This document shows positions 21,987 through 30,669 of a stretch of 64,000 nt of DNA, piece by piece. Position 1 is the stretch's first letter, and the number at the start of each line of letters is the position of its first letter. The stretch is from Caulobacteraceae bacterium. Its GTDB lineage: Bacteria; Pseudomonadota; Alphaproteobacteria; Caulobacterales; Caulobacteraceae. A program made the position numbers and the translations under genes. Location of the stretch: contig CANJME010000014.1 in the NCBI GenBank assembly GCA_947475875.1, positions 12,992 to 76,991 of the forward strand, read 5' to 3'. The notes below the pieces were generated by a model. It was not told the origin of the DNA. It did not search any database and worked only from the letters and a program-made list of their open reading frames with translations.

Positions 21987-22394
21987 ATGATCGGCATGAC
22001 CGCCGCCTTTCCCACCGCCCCATCGACCACCGCGCTCGAGCGCGGGAGCGAGATCGCGCCGCGCTTTGACGCCAATGGCCTGATCGCGGCCGTAACCACC
22101 GACGCCGGCACCGGCGAGGTGCTGATGCTCGCCTGGATGAACGCCGAGGCCCTGAGGCTGACGCTGGATACCGGCTACGCCCACTACTGGAGCCGATCGC
22201 GGGGCGAGCTATGGAAAAAGGGCGAGACCAGCGGCCAGCTGCAGCTGGTCCAGGAAATCCGTGTCGACTGCGACCAGGACGCCGTGCTGCTCAAGGTTTT
22301 GCCGCAGGGCGACGGCGGCGCCTGCCACGTCGGCTTCCGATCTTGCTTCTACCGCGTTGTGGAAGACGGCAAACTTGTTGAACGCTCTGAATAA
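21987..22394 (+). CDS. hisI: Phosphoribosyl-AMP cyclohydrolase
   Basis: [16 protein letters not shown] and [10 protein letters not shown] motifs. Monofunctional size, with no HisE fusion. Confidence 0.9.
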   Translation: MIGMTAAFPTAPSTTALERGSEIAPRFDANGLIAAVTTDAGTGEVLMLAWMNAEALRLTLDTGYAHYWSRSRGELWKKGETSGQLQLVQEIRVDCDQDAVLLKVLPQGDGGACHVGFRSCFYRVVEDGKLVERSE

Positions 22395-22403
22395 GGAACC
22401 TGC

Positions 22404-22721
22404 ATGTCCAGCGAAGGCCTCCACGTCCCGCGCGAGAAGCTGAAGGCAAAGACCCTCAATCTCCACTACGCGATCACCTCGCTGATCGAGGAATTCGAGG
22501 CGGTGGACTGGTATCGCCAGCGGGCGGATGACTGCGACGATCCGGCGCTGAAAGAGATACTGCTGCACAACGCCGCCGAGGAACTCGAGCACGCGGCCAT
22601 GGTGCTGGAATGGATCCGCCGCAACGATCCGCAGGCCGACAAGGAGCTGCGCGAATATCTGTTCACCGACGGCTCGATCACCGGTCACGAGGAAGCGGTC
22701 ACGGGCGACGATGGCCAGTAG
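22404..22721 (+). CDS. Encapsulated-ferritin (EncFtn)-like four-helix ferritin-like protein lacking a targeting peptide
   Basis: EEFEAVDWYRQR, AAEELEHAAMVLEWIRRNDP and YLFTDG blocks match recalled EncFtn sequences. SD-like AAGGAA upstream. The gene is 9 nt after hisI. Confidence 0.7.
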   Translation: MSSEGLHVPREKLKAKTLNLHYAITSLIEEFEAVDWYRQRADDCDDPALKEILLHNAAEELEHAAMVLEWIRRNDPQADKELREYLFTDGSITGHEEAVTGDDGQ

Positions 22722-22733
22722 CCTGGGCGGGTC

Positions 22734-23753
22734 ATGACCGACCCCATCGCCGAGGACATCGACGACGACATTCCGCTCGATCCGGGCCCGGCCGGGATCC
22801 GCATTGTCGAGCTCTCGGCGAACGAGGCGGGCGGGCGCCTGGACAAGGCCCTGACCGCCAAGCTGCCGGAACTGTCGCGCGCCCGGCTGCAGGCGCTGAT
22901 GGGTCAGGGCCGGGTCAGCCGCGACGGCATTGTCCTGAACGATCTTTCGGCCAAGGCGCTGGCCGCCAGCTACCGCATCGAAATTCCCGCCGTTATCGCC
23001 GCCGAGCCGCAGCCCGAAGACATTCCGCTCAGCGTCCTCTTTGAGGACCAGCACATCATCGTCGTCGACAAGCCGGCCGGTATGGCCGCCCATCCCGCGC
23101 CGGGCAGCGAGAGCGGCACCCTGGTCAATGCCCTGCTCCGCCACTGCGGCGACAGCCTTTCAGGCATCGGCGGCGTCGCCCGGCCTGGCATCGTCCACCG
23201 CCTGGACAAGGACACCACCGGCGTCATGGTCGCGGCCAAAAGCGACGCGGCGCACCGGGGCCTGGCCAAACTCTTCGAAGCCCACGACATTGAACGGGTC
23301 TATGTGGCGCTCACCCGCGGCGCGCCCAATCCGGCCGCCGGCAAGATCGAGACCCGCATTGGCCGCTCCCACGCCGACCGCAAGAAGATGGCGGTGCTGA
23401 AGACCGGCGGGCGCGAGGCCATCACTCATTACAGGACGGCGCGGACCTTCGGCCCGGAAGCGCGCCCCGTCGCCGCCCGCGTCGCCTGCACACTGGAGAC
23501 CGGCCGCACCCATCAAATCCGCGTCCATCTGGCCTCGAAAGGCGCGCCGTGCCTCGGCGATCCGCTCTATGGCTCGGGCCAGCCGGTGCTGGCGGTGCGC
23601 CAGGCCATGGCCGCGGCCGGCCTCGCCCGTCAGGCTCTGCATGCGGCCGTTCTGGGTTTTGTCCACCCGATCACCGGCAGGGCGCTGCGGTTCGAGACGT
23701 CCTTGCCGGCGGACATGGCGAGCCTTGAAGCGGGCCTAGCCGAACTCACCTAG
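22734..23753 (+). CDS. rluD: RluA/RluD family 23S rRNA pseudouridine synthase
   Basis: S4-like N-terminal domain. Catalytic HRLDKDTTGVMV and the HQIRVH motif. Confidence 0.9.
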   Translation: MTDPIAEDIDDDIPLDPGPAGIRIVELSANEAGGRLDKALTAKLPELSRARLQALMGQGRVSRDGIVLNDLSAKALAASYRIEIPAVIAAEPQPEDIPLSVLFEDQHIIVVDKPAGMAAHPAPGSESGTLVNALLRHCGDSLSGIGGVARPGIVHRLDKDTTGVMVAAKSDAAHRGLAKLFEAHDIERVYVALTRGAPNPAAGKIETRIGRSHADRKKMAVLKTGGREAITHYRTARTFGPEARPVAARVACTLETGRTHQIRVHLASKGAPCLGDPLYGSGQPVLAVRQAMAAAGLARQALHAAVLGFVHPITGRALRFETSLPADMASLEAGLAELT

Positions 23754-23787
23754 CGTCGCTAAGGTGCCTGTTCCTGGGGAGGACAAG

Positions 23788-24843
23788 ATGACGAAACCGA
23801 TTTTCGCTGGCCTGGCCGGCGCAGCGCTGATGGCGGCGAGCCTCGCGCAGGCTCAGCAACCGGCGCCGGCCGCCGGCGGGCGCACCATGGCCGGAGCCGC
23901 CTGCGGGGCGACCAGCAAACCGTCCACGCCTGACAACGCCACCGAGTCCAAGAGCGGGCGCAAGTTCATCCTGCAGTTTCCCTGCGACCTGAAGCCGGAT
24001 GAAAAGGTCACCGTGATCCTCAACATCCATGGCGCGGGATCGTCCTCGAGCTATCAGCACCAGTATTTTCCCGCCGGTCAGTACGCCCAGAAGTACCGGC
24101 TGGTGGTGGCGACCCCGACGGCGCTGGCGGCCATGCCGGGACGCACCTGGCAAGCGGCCAACGACGATCAGTATCTGCACGATCTCACCGACCTGTTGTT
24201 CGCCGAGATCGGCAAACAGAACATCAAGTCGTTCTGGCTGGCGGGCCACAGCCAGGGCGGCGCAACCTCGAGCCGGCTGGTTTGCTCACCCTTCTTCCGC
24301 TCGAAGGTCGACGGCTTCTTCAGCCTCTCTGGCGGCCGGGTCGGCGGCGCCACCGCCCGCAACGAGCACTACAACGAGACGGCGCCCGGCGTTCCACCGC
24401 CTCCGGCTGCCGCACCGGCCGCGGGAGCCGCGCCCGTCGCCGGCCGCGGTCCGGCGACGCCGGCCGCCGACGGTCCGATGACCTGCGACTATTCCCACAT
24501 CTACGACACGGGCCAGTGGGAGGTGGCGGCCCTGCCGGAAACCTCGGCCATTGCCGAGAAATTTGGCTGCACGCGGCGCACACCCAAACCTGACATCGTC
24601 GATACCGAGCCGGGCTACACCTGGGATCCGTCCCGTCAGAACCCCACCCGCATCGGCTGGGGCCGCCAGCCCAGGCCGGGAACCGCCAAGATGGTGGTCT
24701 TCGAAGGCTGCCGCGACAACCGCGTCGTCGCCGACATCATGCGGATGGACAAGGGCCATACCGAGGGCCTGGAGCCCAAGGTCACCGAGGAAATCATCAA
24801 GCTGATCGTCTCGGCCAAGGGCGGCCGGGCGCAGCAGGGCTAG
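23788..24843 (+). CDS. Secreted alpha/beta-hydrolase (serine esterase, PHB-depolymerase/feruloyl-esterase-like layout), paralogue A
   Basis: Signal peptide ending AQAQQ. HGAGS oxyanion-type block. Nucleophile elbow GHSQGG. C-terminal DKGHTEG (candidate catalytic His). Conserved Cys residues. Internal Pro/Ala-rich insert. ATG at 23788 follows GGAGG. Confidence 0.75.
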   Translation: MTKPIFAGLAGAALMAASLAQAQQPAPAAGGRTMAGAACGATSKPSTPDNATESKSGRKFILQFPCDLKPDEKVTVILNIHGAGSSSSYQHQYFPAGQYAQKYRLVVATPTALAAMPGRTWQAANDDQYLHDLTDLLFAEIGKQNIKSFWLAGHSQGGATSSRLVCSPFFRSKVDGFFSLSGGRVGGATARNEHYNETAPGVPPPPAAAPAAGAAPVAGRGPATPAADGPMTCDYSHIYDTGQWEVAALPETSAIAEKFGCTRRTPKPDIVDTEPGYTWDPSRQNPTRIGWGRQPRPGTAKMVVFEGCRDNRVVADIMRMDKGHTEGLEPKVTEEIIKLIVSAKGGRAQQG

Positions 24844-24860
24844 GGACAAGGGAGACCACT

Positions 24861-25952
24861 ATGACCAAACTGATCGACCGGGCGGCCAGAACCGCCCCGC
24901 TATGGACCGTGGCCTCGGTACTGGCGTTGAGCGCGGCCGCGATGAGCCACGCCGCCGAGCCGAAGAGTGTCGCGGGCGTGATCTGCAACAGCCCGCCGCG
25001 CATCAACTGTCCGGAGGCCAACTGCCTGCCGGCCCTCTCCGGGTATCAGGGTGATGCGGTGGAACCCAAGTCGGGACGCAAGTTCCTGCTGGACTTCCCC
25101 TGCGACTACAAGCCCGGCGAGCAGGTGATTTTCATCCTCAACATTCACGGCGCGGGATCGGTCGGCAACTGGCAGCGCCACTATTTCCCGGCCATCGACG
25201 ACAAGGAAAAGTATCGCCTGGTAGTGGCCACGCCCACCGCCAAGGCCGACATGCCGGGCCGCACCTGGCAGGCGGCCAACGACGACAAATTCCTGGAAGA
25301 CGTTTCCAGCCTGGTGATCGACGCCTTTGGCAAACAGAACATCAAGTCGTTCTGGCTGGCCGGCCACTCCCAGGGCGGCATCACCTCGCGACGCATCGTC
25401 TGCAGTCCCTATTTCCGCTCCAGGGTCGACGGGTTCATCAGCCTCTCAGGCGGGCGGATCGGCACGCCCACCCCACCGCCGGGCGCGACGCCTACCGCCG
25501 CGCCTGGAGCCGCTCCCGGCCGCGGCGCCGCCCCGGCCGGAGCGCCGGCTCGTGGTCCAGCCGCGGCGCCCCCGCCGCTCGATTGCGATTTCTCCTTCAT
25601 CTACGGCACCGGCGAACTCGAAGCTGCGGGCGCGGTTTCGGCCCGTCAGCCTTCGACCTGGGCGGAGAGGTATGCCTGCGGACCGCGCGTACGCGAGCCC
25701 GACATTGTCGACACCCGGGCCGGCTACGTCACCGCCACCGACCAGACGCGGGGCCCGTCCTGGGGCCGGTTCGCGCGGCCGGGCAAGGCCGAGGTTCAGG
25801 TCTACACCGGCTGCAAGGATGGCCGGGTGGTGGCTGATATCGTGCGGTTGGATAAGGGCCACACCGAAGGCTACGAGCCTCAAATCCTCGATCGAATCCT
25901 GAAGCTGATGGCCTCGATCCCCGGCGGCAAGCTGCGCTCTGGACGAGGCTAG
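24861..25952 (+). CDS. Secreted alpha/beta-hydrolase, paralogue B of 23788..24843
   Basis: Same architecture and motifs as paralogue A (KSGRKFLLDFPCD, NIHGAGS, FWLAGHSQGG, DKGHTEG). It shares the stretch ggcaaacagaacatcaagtcgttctggctggc with paralogue A. Confidence 0.75.
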   Translation: MTKLIDRAARTAPLWTVASVLALSAAAMSHAAEPKSVAGVICNSPPRINCPEANCLPALSGYQGDAVEPKSGRKFLLDFPCDYKPGEQVIFILNIHGAGSVGNWQRHYFPAIDDKEKYRLVVATPTAKADMPGRTWQAANDDKFLEDVSSLVIDAFGKQNIKSFWLAGHSQGGITSRRIVCSPYFRSRVDGFISLSGGRIGTPTPPPGATPTAAPGAAPGRGAAPAGAPARGPAAAPPPLDCDFSFIYGTGELEAAGAVSARQPSTWAERYACGPRVREPDIVDTRAGYVTATDQTRGPSWGRFARPGKAEVQVYTGCKDGRVVADIVRLDKGHTEGYEPQILDRILKLMASIPGGKLRSGRG

Positions 25953-26536
25953 CCTTTGGTGGCCGCCATCCGGGCGCGCAGGCCCTTCAGGAAGGTTTCG
26001 AGCCCGAACTGGAAGTCAGAATCCCAGTCCGGCTCCGGATTGTGCCGAGGCGTCGCGTTCTCATAGAGCGCCCAGCCCATGGCGTAGCGGCCTAGCGACA
26101 GCAAGGTCACGGAACAGTCCTTGAGCGGCATGCCCGAACGCACGTGTAGGCAGCGAGACATCTCGCTGAAGGCGCGCTTTTCGTCGGCGACCACGGGCGG
26201 GATTCGGGTCATGACCAAGGCGCCGTCCCGCCGCGACAGGGCAGTTCGGCGAAGGCCATGGGCGCCGTCGGCCAGCCAGGTGTCAAGGTTGAAATCGGCG
26301 GAGTCGAAATCCGGTTCCGGCAGGGCTTCGAGGAAGAGCGCCCCGGACATGTGGGCCAGAAGTTCGTTCTTGTTTTTGAAGTGCCAGTAGAGCGAGGGGC
26401 CCTTGACGCCCAGCTCGGCGGCCAGCCGGCGCGTCGACAGGCCTTCGATGCCCACCTCGTCAAGCAGATTGAGCGCCGCCTGGACGATCGTCCGGCGGTC
26501 CAGGGCGGCTCTGGACTTGGCGAGGTTTTCCAGCAT
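25949..26536 (-). CDS. TetR/AcrR family transcriptional regulator
   Basis: HTH block GIEGLSTRRLAAELGVKGPSLYWHFKNKNELL. ATG at 26536 is preceded by GGGAG. The 3' end overlaps the hydrolase B stop by 4 nt (convergent). Confidence 0.85.
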   Translation of the reverse strand: MLENLAKSRAALDRRTIVQAALNLLDEVGIEGLSTRRLAAELGVKGPSLYWHFKNKNELLAHMSGALFLEALPEPDFDSADFNLDTWLADGAHGLRRTALSRRDGALVMTRIPPVVADEKRAFSEMSRCLHVRSGMPLKDCSVTLLSLGRYAMGWALYENATPRHNPEPDWDSDFQFGLETFLKGLRARMAATKG

Positions 26537-26766
26537 TGACTCCCTACCGTCGCTAGGCGTCAATCTCTACTTGCAGGGCGGCGGCCTGGCCGCAAGCGCC
26601 CCGACGGGGACTACAACAGTAAAAACAGGGGAAAGTCGATCCACCTTGCGAAAGCAGTAGATTGATAGGGGCGAGGGCGCCTTTCGTTCAAGATTAAAAA
26701 TACCGGACGGCCGCAGTCGCGGCGAGATTCCGGATACGGATTGGGAAAGTCCAGAAGACTTAAAAG

Positions 26767-27217
26767 ATGAAACGCTCGATGTTGTTTCAGGGGGTCGCCG
26801 TGCTCGGCCTCACGGCGCTGGCCGCCGGGGCCTCGCTGGCCCAGCACGCGGCGCCCAAGGCGGCGCCGAAAGCGGCCGAGCCCTCCCCACATCTTCATGG
26901 GCGTCAATTGTGACCTGCCGCCCGCCTATCACTGCCCGGACGAGGCCTGCGAGCGGGGTTCGACGCCCCAGCCGGGCGATACGGTGGAGATGAAGACCCG
27001 CCGGTTCTATTTCCTCGATTGCCCCAAAGGCGTCACACCGGGCCAGAAGGTCAACATCCTGCTCAGCCTGCATGGCGGGGGCTCCTACGCCAACTAGCGG
27101 CGCAGCTACTTCCGGGGCATCGACGTGAAGGACGAGTACAACCTCGTCATTATCACCCCGGGATCGCCGACGCGCACCTGGAGCGAGCCCGCCTGCGCTG
27201 ACTGCGGGGCGGGGTAG
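26767..27217 (+). pseudogene. Decayed 5' fragment of a third copy of the secreted alpha/beta-hydrolase family
   Basis: A signal-peptide ORF (26767-26913) is out of frame with the 26897 ORF, which encodes NCDLPPAYHCPDEAC...LSLHGGGSYAN. An in-frame TAG at 27095 sits where the paralogues have Trp. Homology continues (RRSYFRGIDVKDEYNLVIITPGSPTRTW) and then stops at 27215. The nucleophile region is absent. Confidence 0.6.
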
Positions 27218-27295
27218 TTTGCCGGGCCGGGGCGGAGCTGCGCCGGCGGTGGCCCCCGGTCGCGGAGGATAGTCGGGCCTGGAAGTCCCCAAGGC

Positions 27296-27324
27296 CTTAA
27301 ATTCTCCGCAACTCATACCTATCT
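27296..27324 (+). promoter_or_regulatory. Candidate sigma-32-type promoter upstream of rpoH
   Basis: CTTAAA-N16-CCTATCT resembles the CTTGAA / CCCCATNT-type heat-shock promoter. rpoH autoregulation is known in Caulobacter. The match is weak. Confidence 0.2.
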
Positions 27325-27389
27325 AGCGCGCTAGAGGGGGGCGGCGATGGCGCGCGCGTTATCACCGCCCGGAGTTTGGAGGGTCCTTT

Positions 27390-28280
27390 ATGGCCAACAC
27401 GACCGCGCTCAGTGTCATGTCGCCCGATGGCGGCCTGTCGCGTTATCTCACCGAAATACGCAAATTCCCCATGCTGGCGAGGGATGAGGAATTCATGCTG
27501 GCCAAGCGCTGGCGCGAACATGAGGACTCCCAGGCCGCTCACCGGATGGTCACGTCACACCTGCGTCTGGTGGCCAAGATCGCCATGGGCTACCGCGGCT
27601 ACGGCCTGCCGATCGGCGAAGTCATCTCCGAAGGCAACGTCGGCCTGATGCAGGCGGTCAAGAAGTTCGAGCCCGAAAAGGGCTTCCGCCTGGCCACCTA
27701 CGCCATGTGGTGGATCCGCGCCTCGATCCAGGAATACATCCTGCGCTCGTGGAGCCTGGTGAAAATGGGCACCACGGCGGCCCAGAAGAAGCTGTTCTTC
27801 AACCTGCGCAAGGCCAAGAGCGAGATCGAAGCGCTTGGCGACGGCGACATGCGACCCGAACAGGTCAGCCAAATCGCCACCAAGCTGGGCGTTCTGGACG
27901 CGGAAGTGATCTCCATGAACCGGCGGCTTTCCGGCGGCGGCGACGCCTCGCTGAACGTACCGATGCGCGCGGACGGCGAGATGGAATGGCAGGACTGGCT
28001 GGCTGACGACGAACAGGTCAGCCAGGAAACCGCGCTCGCCGACTCGGAGGAGGCGGGTATCCGTTCAAGCCTCTTGCAGACCGCCATGGCCGAACTGAAC
28101 GACCGCGAGCGCCACATCCTCACCGAGCGGCGCCTGAAGGACGAGCCGACGACGCTGGAAGACCTTGCAACCCACTATGGGGTGTCCCGCGAACGGGTGC
28201 GTCAGATCGAGGTTCGGGCCTTCGAAAAGCTGCAAAAGGCCATCCGCGCGGCGGCCGAGGATAAGAACCTTCTGGACTAA
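27390..28280 (+). CDS. rpoH: RNA polymerase sigma-32 (heat-shock sigma factor)
   Basis: RpoH box QKKLFFNLRK and sigma-70 regions 2-4. SD GGAGGG upstream. Confidence 0.95.
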   Translation: MANTTALSVMSPDGGLSRYLTEIRKFPMLARDEEFMLAKRWREHEDSQAAHRMVTSHLRLVAKIAMGYRGYGLPIGEVISEGNVGLMQAVKKFEPEKGFRLATYAMWWIRASIQEYILRSWSLVKMGTTAAQKKLFFNLRKAKSEIEALGDGDMRPEQVSQIATKLGVLDAEVISMNRRLSGGGDASLNVPMRADGEMEWQDWLADDEQVSQETALADSEEAGIRSSLLQTAMAELNDRERHILTERRLKDEPTTLEDLATHYGVSRERVRQIEVRAFEKLQKAIRAAAEDKNLLD

Positions 28281-28324
28281 TTTTCTTGGCGCTATCGCTC
28301 GCCGAAGGGCTCGCTGCTTGAGCG

Positions 28325-29122
28325 CTAGGCCGCGTCGGCCGGCAGCCAGGGCCAGAGGCCGACACAGGCCGCTTCGATTTCGGCGCGGCACAATCGGCCG
28401 GCCTTGACCTGGGCGTCGAGCGTTTTGCTCAACCGGAGCGCCGCGCCAGCGAGTTTGTCGTCCTTGGTGAGGCCCGCCATTGAGATCAAATCGACGGCCT
28501 GGGCCTGCATGGCCCGCAAAGCCTGGCGCGGATCGCTCTCTATGGCGCTGACCGCCGAGCGCAGGATGCGCATGGCCTGGCTGATCCGTGCGACGGCGGG
28601 CGTTGCCTGCTGATCGGACTTGCGCTTGCGCGGACCCTGATAGTCGGCCGAATTGAACCGGCGCCGGTCCGGCCCGATGTAGCGCACGGCCTCCACCCAA
28701 TCGCGCGAGTTCAAAATCACGGCGTCAAGCCTGCGGACGAGGTCCTTGAGGTTGTATGGCTTGCGTAAAAACTCATGCACGCCGGCGTCGCGCGAGCCGA
28801 GGATCGAGGCGGCGGTCGCCTCGGCGGTGACCACGATGATCGGAACCTCACGGCATTTCAGGTCTGAGCGGCGCAGCTGCCGGGTCAGGTCAAGACCGTC
28901 GAGGCCATCCCCGGCGAATTCGGTCAGGATGATCTGCGGATCGTCTTCGCGCGCCGCGTTCATGGCGCTCTTGGTCGTGCCTTCGATGCGGATGTGTTTC
29001 GCGCCCAGGTCCTTGAGCAGTTCGTGCAGCAGCCGCGCCGAGGCCGCATGCGGCTCAATCAGCAGCACCCGCTCCAGATGGCGGGCGTATTTCTTGGTGG
29101 GCGCGCTTTCGGCGTAGAGCAA
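28325..29122 (-). CDS. Atypical receiver-domain protein (CheY-like REC plus ~120-aa helical C-terminal region)
   Basis: REC fold with conserved Thr (IIVVTAEA) and Lys (LRKPY). The acidic pocket is changed: VLLIEPH instead of DD, and IILTEF instead of the phospho-acceptor D. TTG start. Confidence 0.7.
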   Translation of the reverse strand: MLYAESAPTKKYARHLERVLLIEPHAASARLLHELLKDLGAKHIRIEGTTKSAMNAAREDDPQIILTEFAGDGLDGLDLTRQLRRSDLKCREVPIIVVTAEATAASILGSRDAGVHEFLRKPYNLKDLVRRLDAVILNSRDWVEAVRYIGPDRRRFNSADYQGPRKRKSDQQATPAVARISQAMRILRSAVSAIESDPRQALRAMQAQAVDLISMAGLTKDDKLAGAALRLSKTLDAQVKAGRLCRAEIEAACVGLWPWLPADAA

Positions 29123-29196
29123 GGCCTTTCCCTGGGTAAGGGGTTAATAAAGCCATGCTTTTGTAAACAATCGACTTACGAGCCGACCGCCATTCG

Positions 29197-30501
29197 TTAA
29201 CCCACGAAAGGATCGCGCATCAGGATGGTGTCTTCCCGCTCCGGGCTGGTCGATAACAGAGCAACGGGCGCACCGATCAGCTCTTCGATGCGGCGCACAT
29301 ATTTGATGGCGTTTGCGTTGAGGTCCTTGAACGACCGCGCGCCGGCCGTGCTCTGGCTCCAGCCTTCGACGATTTCAAAGACCGGCTCGGCGGCCGCCTG
29401 ATCCTTCAGACTGGCGGGCAGATAGTCGAGAACCTTACCGCCGATCCGGTAGCCCGTGCAGATCTTGAGTTCGGCGAGACCGTCCAGCACATCGAGCTTG
29501 GTGAGCGCAATGCCGTCGATGCCGTTGATCGCCACCGACTGGCGCACGAGCACCGCGTCGAACCAGCCGCAGCGGCGCGGCCGGCCGGTGTTGACGCCAA
29601 CCTCACGCCCAATCGTCGACAGGTGTTTGCCAACCTCGTCGAAGAGCTCGCAGGCAAACGGGCCTTCGCCGACCCGCGTGGTGTAGGCCTTGACGATGCC
29701 GAGCACATAACCCGCGCCCTTCGGCCCCATGCCGGATCCTGCCGCCGCCTGCCCCGCCACGGTGTTGGAGCTGGTCACATAGGGGTAGGTGCCGTGGTCG
29801 ACATCGAGAAAGGCGCCTTGCGCGCCCTCGAACAGGATACGTTTACCCGCTCTGACTTTCTGGTCGAGCAGGCGCCAGGCCGGCTGCACGAACGGCAGGA
29901 TCTTCGGCGCAATCGCCAGCAGTGACTCTCGCAAAGCGTCGGGGTCGACCTTCTCCAGGCCCAGCCCCTTGCGCAGCGGCGCATGGTGGGACAAGAGCCG
30001 CGCGATTTTGTCGTCGAGCGCCGCGGAGTCCGCCAGGTCGGAAACCCGGATCGCCCGGCGTCCGACCTTGTCTTCATAGGCCGGCCCAATGCCGCGGCCA
30101 GTGGTGCCAATCTTGGTGATACCGCTGTTGCGCCCCTCGGCGGCGGCCTCGCGCGCCACGTCGAGCTGCGGATGCAGGGGCAGGATCAGGCAGGCGTTAT
30201 CGGCGATGACCAGGATGTCGGGTGAGATTTTCACGCCCTGGGCTTCGATCTTTTCAATCTCGCTGATCAGGTGCCAGGGATCGACCACCACACCGTTGCC
30301 GATCACCGACAGCTTGCCCTGCACCACGCCCGACGGCAGCAGCGCCAGCTTGTACGTCTTGCCGTCGACCACCAGTGTGTGGCCCGCGTTATGGCCGCCC
30401 TGGAAGCGCACCACCACATCGGCGCGGTTGCACAGCCAGTCGACGATCTTGCCTTTGCCCTCGTCGCCCCATTGGGCGCCGACCACGGTGACATTGGCCA
30501 T
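29197..30501 (-). CDS. purA: Adenylosuccinate synthase
   Basis: N-terminal [12 protein letters not shown]-loop and full-length PurA pattern. Confidence 0.95.
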   Translation of the reverse strand: MANVTVVGAQWGDEGKGKIVDWLCNRADVVVRFQGGHNAGHTLVVDGKTYKLALLPSGVVQGKLSVIGNGVVVDPWHLISEIEKIEAQGVKISPDILVIADNACLILPLHPQLDVAREAAAEGRNSGITKIGTTGRGIGPAYEDKVGRRAIRVSDLADSAALDDKIARLLSHHAPLRKGLGLEKVDPDALRESLLAIAPKILPFVQPAWRLLDQKVRAGKRILFEGAQGAFLDVDHGTYPYVTSSNTVAGQAAAGSGMGPKGAGYVLGIVKAYTTRVGEGPFACELFDEVGKHLSTIGREVGVNTGRPRRCGWFDAVLVRQSVAINGIDGIALTKLDVLDGLAELKICTGYRIGGKVLDYLPASLKDQAAAEPVFEIVEGWSQSTAGARSFKDLNANAIKYVRRIEELIGAPVALLSTSPEREDTILMRDPFVG

Positions 30502-30624
30502 GGCTCTGTCCGTCCTTCGCGCGCGAAGACGCGCACAAGCTTCAGACCCTGAGCGCGTTGGTTGAATCTGCGGGGAAGCGGCCCGCGAGGGGCCGTTCCC
30601 ATGGCCTTATGCAGTAATTCGTGG

Positions 30625-30660
30625 GGGAAACAAGACACCTCCCCGCTCTCGCGGGGAGGT
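30625..30660 (-). terminator. Candidate intrinsic terminator after the carboxylesterase gene
   Basis: 9-bp stem cctCCCCGC-tctc-GCGGGGagg (30638-30659), 10 nt downstream of the stop. On the minus strand it is followed by GTCTTGTTTCC. Confidence 0.5.
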
Positions 30661-30669
30661 TCGGTTGGT

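Noticed and set aside
22404-23760. Encapsulin shell gene adjacent to the EncFtn-like gene
   Set aside because: The downstream gene is clearly RluD (HRLDKDTTG), and no ORF in the window has an encapsulin/HK97-like N-terminus. The ferritin-like gene is therefore reported as shell-less and not as part of an encapsulin operon.
26535-26564. ATTGAC-N18-GTCAAT inverted repeat at the TetR start as an operator
   Set aside because: The arms are only 6 bp, the spacer is long, and the repeat overlaps the start codon and SD. This is too weak to call without comparative or binding data.
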